DNA from: Klebsormidium nitens
Lineage: Eukaryota > Plantae > Klebsormidiophyceae
Assembly: GCA_000708835.1 (NCBI GenBank)
Contig: DF237326.1
Span: 27,119 to 91,118 of the forward strand
Length of the DNA stretch: 64,000 bases
Reading direction: 5' to 3'
The translations under genes and the position numbers were made by a program. Position 1 is the stretch's first letter. Every line of letters begins with the position of its first letter. This document shows, piece after piece, positions 12,232-22,886 of the stretch. Below the pieces are notes generated by a model that was not told where the DNA came from, searched no databases, and was given only the letters and a program-made list of their open reading frames with translations.

Positions 12232-15200
12232 ATGGCGCAAACTGCTCTTCATTGCAGGACCTGCGCAGCGCTGACCGTGAGCTTTTCTCAGCAAACCTCA
12301 GCCTCTTCTCAGTCTCCTCACAAAACCCCTGGTGTCCTCGCACCGCAGTCATACGGAGTGTTGCCTTCCGGCATACCACTCCAGCATTGTCAGCATTTGA
12401 CAGCGTTCCATGAAGCTAGACCCAGGCCACGGCGTTGCAGTGCCCGGAGACCTGTCCGCGCTGCTGTTGCTGACCCACCGTTGAGTGGGGGCATACAGTG
12501 GGGCTCACCGGCTGTCAGAGATGTGCAGTGGGGAGAGCCGCAGAGGGGCACAGCTGCGACAAAGACAGTAGAGGTGAGGGGTGGACTGCTGTGAAGTAGC
12601 AGATGGGCAGTCAGAAAATGGAGCGCACCTTTTAAACAGTCAAATCCAAGACCGGCGGTCTACAGTCCCTGTGTACAGCACCCATCGATTGTTCTCTGTG
12701 TTATACAGTGCCCATCGAAAGTTGCCCCCTGGCGCTTCAAGAAAACCAAGCCTCAGTTTATAACTTTTGTCCCCCCCATGCGTGCCGACTATTTCTTCTG
12801 AAGGATGGGCATCCAGGTTTTTCTCTACTCATCTGATAAGCTGAGTTTTGGAGTTCCCCGCTTCATTAGACAAGCCAGTCTTTGGACAATCCTTGTGCCC
12901 TTGCAGTTAGTCCCCACTCGAGGCACTCCGTCAACATATGCTCTCTACCAGCCACCCGCTGAAAATATGGACACATACTCAGTAAGTGCTGAAGAGGCGG
13001 CTGCAGCAGCTCGGGCAACTAACGTTCCAGTGTACAACCCCGATGCAATGGCGCGGGAGTATAGCAGGCAGCCACTCAAGGTTAGCCCTCACTGTTTTCT
13101 CCCCTTTTATGGGCGCGGTGGGTGTGTTGTTCGAAATCGCACAGGCCCAGTCAATCGGTAGGGTGCCACCTTGCAGGTCTTTACTGTGACTGGTTCTGAC
13201 ACTCGGTTGTGTAAGCTCAGCGGCTATCGAGCGACAGCGGGCTGCCCATCGTGTCTGTATCCGGTGGCAGTGGAGAAGGCTAGGTTTACCTGAAACACCT
13301 TTGTTGGCTGGAACGACTCTTTTGCCAAACCAGAGGTATAGCTAGAGGAGAAGGCTTGAAATCAACAGAGATATTGATAGAAAACGTGTGTGTGTGTGTT
13401 CCCCGTAGGTATTAAGGCGAGCGTTGCAGATTGTGACGACCATTGGCAGCTTTGGGCTGACCCTGCTCCAGGACCGGCAGCGCGGCCGCCTGGACTCGCG
13501 CACCATGGTTCTGCGCGCCAAGCAGCTCCGGGGGCAGCTCACGCAGCTGGGGCCAACGTTTGTCAAGGTGGGGGCCCAAAAGTGTCAAAAACGTGCCTGC
13601 TATGAAGGGCCACCGTTGGCACTCAGATGAGACGCAAGCGTTCAAGACCTTCTGGTCAAGATCTCGTTCCACATGGACAGGATTTTGGAGCAACTTCGTG
13701 GCTGTCCTTGTCAACTTTCTGTTACTCATGTGACCAGACCAGCCGGCCATTCCCGGGAAGAGTGACGTGAACCCTTCGTATCGTCACTGCAGGTGGGGCA
13801 AGCCTTGAGCACGCGGCCCGACCTGTGTCCCCCGGAGTACCTCGAGGAGCTGGCAGCCCTGCAGGTGCGCTTATCTGGAACATGCTCTTGCCGAGCATCC
13901 TCCCCCCACCTGACGAGAATCTTTCACGGTCTGTTGGGCGAGATCTTTGAGACCGCCGTGTAGATTCCGGCTCCTGCTGACAGTGATGCTGCATGGGCAC
14001 CTCAGAGCCAGCCTGATCAAAGATGAGCACTCTTCTTCAAACCATGATCTAAGAGCGGTGTGTCCTTGTAGATATAGCAACACTATTATAGGATGGCGAT
14101 GGTTTAGTGAGGCCACTATCCCCCCGCCTCTTCTAAGCAGTACCAATTTGCGGACATCGCAGGACGCCCTGCCCACGTTTTCGGACGCTGAAGCCTTCAG
14201 CCTGATTGAGCGCGAGCTGGGTGGTCCCCTCGAGTCGTACTTCTCGTCCATCACAGCCACGCCCATCGCGGCAGCCAGCCTGGGGCAGGTGAGGCGCGCA
14301 ATTGCAAGCCTCGCGGCTTTGGAATCAGGGGCCTCGCAAGCGCCCAACTGTTGAAATCTGGGGTCTGAGGATCCCGTCAATCTACTTCACAACTTCGTAT
14401 CAATCTCCTCTACTTGCCTATCCTCTGCATGAAGCATCCCAAAAGCTTTCCGCTTCCGAGAAAAATCTGATGTTCCAGGTACCGCACTACCTGAGCTGTC
14501 GCTGTGCTATAGATTAGTCGGTGATTCAGCCTGCCACCTTCGTTATGCATGATCGCGGCGTAAAATTTCAATCAAAGCGACCGTTCAAAGTTGCCTGCCG
14601 TTTAGCAATCTCAGCAATAAGTTTTATTGGGCTGCTTGTGATCAAGGGACCTCGCGTGTACAGGTGTACAAGGCGCGGCTGCGGCGCGACGGCAGCCTGG
14701 TGGCGGTGAAGGTGCAGCGGCCGGGCATCGTGGAGCAGATCAGCTTGGACTTTTACCTGGTGCGCGCCGCGTGCCAGCTGGTGGACAAGTACGTGGACGC
14801 TGTCACCACGCCGCTGGTGCCTCTCGTCGACGAGTTTGCCGCGCGCGTCTACCAGGAACTCAACTACGTCCAGGTCAGCGCACGGCTCGCCAAACTCATC
14901 TGCCTGCCTCACGGCGATGGCACAGAACATTTTATTAAACAACGAAGAATTGAATCTCTGACCCGGGTTCTTTCGTCGCATATCATAATCAAGGATCGCC
15001 GTTGGGGGTTTACACGCTAGCCGACTCCGCTTTGTCCTACTGCGGGGTGTCTCTAGGCCCTTCTGCCCACGAGGTTTCGTCGGGATGTTTTCTGCAGAGT
15101 GTCCGACGATCTCACCCTTTCTTCTTTGACTAGTCGCTTTTGAGTGCCCGCCAAGCCGGCAGCGGAGCCATTAGTGCCCTGCATTCTCCTAGGCGTCTTT

Positions 15201-18200
15201 CACTCAACCCGGTTCGTTGCTCGCGTCTGGTTGGCCAGATTCTAAGCTGTCGTGTCTGGTGCAGGAGGGTCGCAACGCGGAGCGCTTCCAGCGGCTGTAC
15301 GGGGACCGCGTGGACGTCAAGGTGCCGGCCATCTACTGGGAGATGACCGCCGCTCGCGTCCTTACCATGGTACGGGGCCAACTCACACGTTTACTTCTCA
15401 GGTTATAGGAACACGGTCAATGCATCACGGTCAAGCGACTGCGAGATCATTCGGTCCCGTGCTCTCCGCTTGAAGGCTTCTATTTTCGCAGGCCGCACAA
15501 TCGTCGCTTGCAGCCGTCAGGTTGTTAGCATGTCACCCGCGTGCCTTTAGCTTTAGCGGCGGGCCTCAAGTTCGTGCTTCCTGACGAGCTGACGCTGCAT
15601 GAAAGAGCTCAGGGCTTCTCCAGCGACGACTGCAGCCTCCCTCGTCTAAGGCTCTCGCTGCAACGCCGCTGGACCTCTTATATCCTTCCACACACAGCTG
15701 CGGTTCTCCTCCTCAACCCGGAATCAAGCCGTTGAGCTGCAGCGGTGCCCGTGGCGCGTGTGCAGGAGTGGATCCAGGGGACGAAGCTGAGCGACCTGCC
15801 GGCGATCAAGGCGCAGGGCATGGACATCCTGGCGCTGGTCAACACGGGCATCCAGTGCAGCCTGCGCCAGCTACTCGAGGCGGGCTTCTTCCACGCAGGT
15901 GCGCATGACGCAGGCCGGTGGGATGCCCGCCCGGCCCTTGTCTGCTCAGTCTCGAGTCCGCTTTTCTGAAACCTGCTGCAGTGCGATAGGATCCACTCAA
16001 AAGAGTGCAACTTGCAAACGAAGACGAAGTTAGAGAACACATTTACTGGTCTCCAGACGTCAACCAGACCATGATGTTGTTCTTATTTCTGGCGGTCTCA
16101 TTCGCAGACCCGCATCCTGGCAACCTGCTGGCGACCCCGGACGGCAAGCTGGCCTTCCTGGACTTCGGCATGATGAGCGAGACGCCGTCCAAGGCACGCC
16201 TCGCCATCATCGGTCACGTGGTTCACCTCGTCAACCGGTGAGTGCGCTTCTGGCCCAGGGTACGGTGCAGATTAGGGCCCCGGCCACAAAGTGGTGGGCG
16301 AAAGTGTGTCGGTCGCTGGCCCCCTCCCTTGCCTCGCCTCCCGGATGCGTAGAGCGGCCTCTCTGCGGCGCTAAGGATGGGTGGCGGGTTGCACTCAATT
16401 GGTGTAAAAACAACCTTCGCAAAATGACCGCTGGCTGCCGTATCCGCAGTTGGGATTGAGGTTTTGACAGCTGGATTCGAGACTCCGGCCTCGAACACTC
16501 TGCTTTTGAACAGGTGCCCAGCCCTTGCTGACGTGAGTTGCGGCGTTACAGGGACTACGAGGCGATGGCGCGCGACTACTACGTGCTGGACTTCTTGACC
16601 CCGGACGTGGACGTGTCGCCCATCGTGCCGGCGCTGCGCGGCTTCTTCGACGACGTGCTCAGCCTGAGCGTGCAGGAGCTCAACTTCAAGACCATCGTCG
16701 ACGGCCTCGGCGAGCTCTACTACGACTACCCCTTCACCGGTGCGCGCGCCGCCCCGAACCCACCCTACCTGGGCCGCAACTTGTGTTGTTTGTCTGGGCT
16801 TAGCTCGAGCTGTGCTGATCCTGTTGGAGGCAGAGGGGACTGGTGGTGGCACAACCACCAGGTCGACACCAGAGTTGACAGGCTACCGGTCTGAAACCGC
16901 CTCCTTTCGGAGCCCTCTTTACCCAACTCCGGACAAGCTCGAGCGTCGGTTGACCCGTCCCGTTGCTACGCGCAGTCCCGCCGTACTACGCGCTGATCCT
17001 GCGGTCGCTGACGGTGCTGGAGGGGCTGGCCCTGAGCAGCGACCCCGCGTTCAAGGTGCTCGCGGCCGCGTACCCGTACATGGCCAAGCGCCTCCTCACC
17101 GACCGGGACCCCTACCTCCGCGACGCGCTCGTCGAGCTGCTCTTCAAGGACGGCCGCCTCAGGTGCGCCACGCTCACACTTCCACGATTTGGCGTGCAAT
17201 TCTTTTCGGATCTGCGGACAGCTCAGGAGAAGAAGCTGCGTTATGACGAGGCCCCCACTGTGACAGGCGAAGTCGTCGTGGACACTTGAGAACCTTTTGA
17301 AGACTTTTTGTCTTGCCTCTACGTTCTCGTTTTGTCCTGGTCGGACGACTTCCAAATTGCGCGGGCACTCCTGGCTGCTCCACCGTGCTACCGACATTCC
17401 TCTCTTTCTCCAATTGCACCAGTGTGAGTTGCCCACTACCTGGCGCCTGGTACCCCTGGTTCCTGGGCCCCAGAAGTCTCGGTTGAGACTCCTGACCGCA
17501 TCCCTACTCGTTCCCCCGCAGGTGGAACCGGCTGGAGACGCTGCTGGCGGAGGGCAGCAAGGACTCGGACTACCGGGCGGGGGAGGCGCTCCAGCCCGTG
17601 CTGGGCCTCCTGCTGGGGCCCGGCGGCGAACAGCTGCGCCGCCTCGTCGAGCAGGAGGCGGTCAGGGTCACCGAGGTGCGCCCGCAGCTGCGCGCACAGC
17701 CACCAAGGCAGACCGTGGGGCTCGTTCTGCAGTTCCTTGGAAAGCCAAGAGTTGAAAAAGAGATGTGCTCGCAGTCTTTGCTGCGCAGGGTGCGGTGTGC
17801 AGCCGGCCACGATTTTCCACCATGAGGGTAGAAGCACCAGCGAATGTATGTATCTCCGTGGCTCCTGAGAGCACAGCCTAGGCGCTGACGCAGCCGTTTG
17901 ACGTCATACTCTGATGCTTCGCAGGCTCTTGTGATCGGACAAATGCTCGAGACGGCCCGCATGCTGCCCACTCCCCTCCAAGGGCTGGTCCCTTTCTCCC
18001 CCGCTGGCACTCGCATCGGGACGCTCGCATTGGGGACGGTGAGGAGTCTCGTTTGTGAAACGACAGCGAATTCCTTGCGGCTCTTTGTTTCAAGCGGAGA
18101 CGGATCGTGCACCTTCTTTTCGACATCAAGCTTTGCTATTGTTCACTACATGTGCTTTTTAGCGGCGATTGTGACTGATTGTAAGCTCATTTGATTACAT

Positions 18201-19013
18201 CTGAGTGCTCTCATAGTTCCGGCTTGCCTCCTGTGCCGCTTGTCGGCACCGTGGCCTTTGCCTCTGTTTCCTGTGCCGGCCTCCAGCACGTCAGAAGGAA
18301 GTGTTCCGTATATCTGTCCGGGGGGCGTTGCTCTTCGGTTCCGCCGTCACTGGGGTTGACGCGCGTGCGTGCGGTGTGCAGGGGCTGAAGCCGGAGGACG
18401 AGGTGCGGCTGCTGCAGCTGCGGGCGCAGGTGCTGCGCGTGTGGGACCTGCTGCGGAACGACAAGGGCTTCGACCCGGCGTCGTTGCAGCCCATCCTGCA
18501 GGTAACGCCCCGGGAGCGGGACAACCGGCTGGCCCCCACTTGCCGGTCACGCGGCATGCCAGGGGCCATTGCAGGAGGCTGGACTGCAAGCGTTGGCTAG
18601 TCTGCAGGCGCAAGAGCTAGCACGCCGTGTCACTGGCATCGTGCCACGGTTGTGTATCAGCGACGTTGCTTGGGATGTCACATCCAGCCGCACTCTTGCC
18701 ATGTTAACACGCCGACCAAAGTGTTGCCAACCGGTTCTTCCTGCTCCCTTTGGTCCGAGGAGCAGGCTTCTGATTCTGGTCCGTCGGGTAGTCGTGAACG
18801 CGGTGCTGATCCTGGTTACCCGCTGCTTCCCGCCCTGCCAGAGCTGCCCGTATTTGAGAGCATCTCAGGAGCATCGGATGGCCATTGCAGGTACTTCAGC
18901 GGCCAGAGGCACAGGTACTCAGCATCAACGTGGCCTCGGGGGTGTTCCAGCGATTAGCGGCTCGCTTCTTGCAGCAGCTGCTGAGACCAGCACCTGCGAC
19001 AGTACGGACTTGA
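12232..19013 (+). CDS. ABC1K3: Plastid ABC1/UbiB atypical kinase, ABC1K3-type, 15 exons
   Basis: Exons: 12232-12573 (transit-peptide-like), 12907-13080, 13409-13567, 13793-13864, 14163-14288, 14664-14873, 15265-15369, 15766-15898, 16108-16237, 16552-16739, 16976-17162, 17522-17675, 17925-18038, 18382-18501, 18891-19013. Motifs: [111 protein letters not shown]. The C-terminal QRLAARFLQQLL resembles plant ABC1K3 as I recall it. Confidence 0.94.
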
Positions 19014-21144
19014 TTGTACTGTCGTGCCAATCGACCAACCCGGCAAGCAGAGTTGTAGATATTGTCTGCGAGTCGAACATTTCTATTTGCCATGTTGCAT
19101 TCGGTCCCGGATGAGTCTAAAACGCACGCGTTGACCTTCAAGTATTAGACAGCGACGTTGGGGCATTATTGGTAGGTATTCCTGTTGCTTGTCAAGGCAC
19201 TGAGGACCACTTGGATCTGATCATGCATGTTCACAATTGCTGGATATCATTATCGATGTCTTTGCACTGTTGAGCCGCTTGCACGGCCAGGCCCATTGGC
19301 CCGGCACACGTGAACAGACCCGCGTGGGCCTAGCTGGCAATATATACGTAATATCTAGATCTTAGCTTGAGCTAGTACGTCCGTAAGATCTCAATATCAT
19401 AGCTAAGAAAGGCTCACTCAGCTATAGGCCGAATATCGCATGCAAGCTTCACAAGCTGAAGCTCCAAGAACTCTAATGTCCCATCAGTGCGGCACTCCCA
19501 TGCAAGAGCAAGATCGATGGCCAACATGACCTAGATCTGAAGCTTTGCAATTGTTATACCATGACCGCAGCCTTAAGCATGCATGCGCCGGAGCCGGCAT
19601 GGCCTGTCGGTGATTAAGTTGATCATCTTCGCACGCCAATTCAAGTCTTACCAATGCACATAAATATCTTGTCGATCTCTGACATATCTAGCTTGCACTG
19701 GCACCATGGCGTGATATCGATCATGCATTAATAAGCAAACACAAATATGCACGGATTGTAGGGTTTGGCAGTGAATGAGGTCCCGATCCTTGGTTGCGAC
19801 GTAAAGGCGGAACGCGTGCAAAAGCCGCCGCGCAATCCTCAATCCTCAGGTCAGATTCTTGTAAGTTAGCCTTCAATATGCAAGATGTCACAGTCAGTGT
19901 GGATCAGGCGGATATGACGTGCATGCATCATAGAGTATTTAAAGCGAACGCGCCGCTCCGCCGCACATTAAGAAAGGTCGGAACCTCAATTATGCATACA
20001 TTGCAAGCTGATCGTTGGCATGGCCGGCCCAGTGGAGTTCTTCAAGACGTCCGCATTGTATCTGCCGCGGAACTCAGTATGCAGCCTGCATGGTATTGCC
20101 CCGGTATTGCATGCAATTAACCGTTTCATGCCTCCGGCCGCCCGCATGAGTACGTATTTAATGCAATATAAGCGGCCTGCACAATGGTGGAATCTAGGTA
20201 GTGATTCGTGCAATTGGATCGTCAACACCTGTTGAATAATGTGACATGATACATCATGATTCAGGTTTGTATGATTGCAGACTGTCAGCCTATATACTGA
20301 GTTCGTTGCGGGGTGTGCCGGCCGCGGTGTGCCTCAGAGCGACCTTAAAGAGGGCGTCAGATATCAAAGCGCACTAGTGGCATCTGAACCCTGACTCAAA
20401 ATCATCTAAGTTATGAAGCACGGAAGACGGAACAAGTATCTGACTTGTTCTTCAGATAGAATCGTTCTTGCTATCTTGTGGACCGCAAGTGGCGAGGATG
20501 CTTCTGGCTCTGCCATTCGTATCATCGGACGGACTACATCGCACCTTGAAATGTGGCCCGAGCGACCAAATGCCCCATTTTCGGGGTACATGGTCGCCGA
20601 GGCATTGCGGGTCACAGGACGCCCTGGGCCCTGTCTAAGCGTTCATATATTAAGAGAATTTGAACGGCGAACTGAATGACTGAAGCGATATTTCCATGTT
20701 TTACTATCATCACTGATACCGTCAGGCCACAGTATATTCAGCCAGTCAACTTTGCTATCATTGAAAACGGTATCAAACTTTGTGGCAGACTAGTAGGATA
20801 CAAGCTCCCGAGACCCTTTGACTTTGTCCCAGTTACATTGATAACTCCCGCTGACAGTCTACAGTGCCAATGATATCAGTGGAGCTTATATCAGCTGATT
20901 GCACTATCCATCATAAATCTTGGCACTTTTGTCTTCATGGATACATGACATACCGCATGCCTGTGTTTCTGACCAAACGTGTTGCCTGTGTTTTACGTTC
21001 ATTTTGATAACATCACCTGAAGCTCCCGGTACAGCATAGATGGCGCCTGGCCGGCGTTAGAAAAGTCAAGCCGGTTATATGCGGTTAGTCACATGGCTCG
21101 AGTTACCCTGAGTTCGCAACTAGCACGCATATAACAGTTCTGCC

Positions 21145-21901
21145 NNNNNNNNNNNNNNNNNNNNNNNNNNNNNNNNNNNNNNNNNNNNNNNNNNNNNNNN
21201 NNNNNNNNNNNNNNNNNNNNNNNNNNNNNNNNNNNNNNNNNNNNNNNNNNNNNNNNNNNNNNNNNNNNNNNNNNNNNNNNNNNNNNNNNNNNNNNNNNNN
21301 NNNNNNNNNNNNNNNNNNNNNNNNNNNNNNNNNNNNNNNNNNNNNNNNNNNNNNNNNNNNNNNNNNNNNNNNNNNNNNNNNNNNNNNNNNNNNNNNNNNN
21401 NNNNNNNNNNNNNNNNNNNNNNNNNNNNNNNNNNNNNNNNNNNNNNNNNNNNNNNNNNNNNNNNNNNNNNNNNNNNNNNNNNNNNNNNNNNNNNNNNNNN
21501 NNNNNNNNNNNNNNNNNNNNNNNNNNNNNNNNNNNNNNNNNNNNNNNNNNNNNNNNNNNNNNNNNNNNNNNNNNNNNNNNNNNNNNNNNNNNNNNNNNNN
21601 NNNNNNNNNNNNNNNNNNNNNNNNNNNNNNNNNNNNNNNNNNNNNNNNNNNNNNNNNNNNNNNNNNNNNNNNNNNNNNNNNNNNNNNNNNNNNNNNNNNN
21701 NNNNNNNNNNNNNNNNNNNNNNNNNNNNNNNNNNNNNNNNNNNNNNNNNNNNNNNNNNNNNNNNNNNNNNNNNNNNNNNNNNNNNNNNNNNNNNNNNNNN
21801 NNNNNNNNNNNNNNNNNNNNNNNNNNNNNNNNNNNNNNNNNNNNNNNNNNNNNNNNNNNNNNNNNNNNNNNNNNNNNNNNNNNNNNNNNNNNNNNNNNNN
21901 N
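21145..21901. other. Assembly gap (N run)
   Basis: 757 N directly visible. Confidence 1.
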
Positions 21902-22886
21902 ACCCGCTGTTAAAGGGTTAACCTTCGGGTTATGTCAGTCAGGATATCCTATGAATACCGGTACTTCGATTGTAAGTGCACGACGCACGAGTCACGACTC
22001 ATTCAACAGATTTCCGAATCCTGCGTGCCTTTACTTTTCCACAAAAGCCAATCATTGTCACAATTCAGGATGGGACGCGGACAATCATATGCAAATTTGA
22101 TTCCTAGTCTTTTGCCGTTCATTTCTCCAGTAGCGAGATCGAACGGTTGGTTTCGTAAGAATGAGACTCGGCGAATGGAAAGGGACGTCATCTCGAAGTC
22201 AGCAGACCAAGCACTTCTTTTACAGGGGTAGATTTTAGCATGATTTTAAGGGGGCCTTGAAGGAGCAAAATTGGTGGGAGCAGGATTGAATCGATATTGT
22301 GTAAACGTCTGTTCACGTGTACCACGTGAGCACAATCACGGAAGCATGGTGCGGGTCTGGAATCTGGATGTCTTCAGAGCATGAGCTGATCAACAGTACG
22401 GCTGGGAGGAGTACCGTAGGTAGACTGTATAGGACCAGGTCATCCAGCGTTCCCCCAACTCACCAGACTGCACCAGGCTGTCTATTAACCTTTCCTACAG
22501 GAGTCAGGACCATGGCCTGCACAGTCAGGGACCAGGACATTAGGTATTATTGGCATTGCGTAACCCACTGTCCTTGAGAGAGAGTGAGATGTCGTCATCC
22601 AAGAGAATAGGTGCACAAAGGGCGTACACACTGCACAGCTTATTCAAAGCATACGGTAGCTGGAGTCTCACAGCTGCCCCAGCATGGCGATCAGCGAGAC
22701 GCGTACCACTACAAATTACCAGGTGGCAGGAAGATTTGCTGTCAGATCACAGCTCCAGCAGGCATCACGCCACTTTCTGACCGTCTCTTTTCATCCCGCT
22801 ACCATACAGGCGCGGCCGTATCACCTTGCTGCAGCGCACTGTGCCGACCCCCTGCCAGGGCGTGAGTCCCCGCGTTGCTGTGGGCT

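Noticed and set aside
20406-20873. Short ORFs (65-88 aa) inside the intergenic tract
   Set aside because: No recognisable motif, no GC3 bias like real exons, and no convincing splice partners.
22410-22425. TA-CCGTAGGTA resembling an end of the TA-flanked element family
   Set aside because: No partner end was found nearby. It may be chance or a solo remnant.
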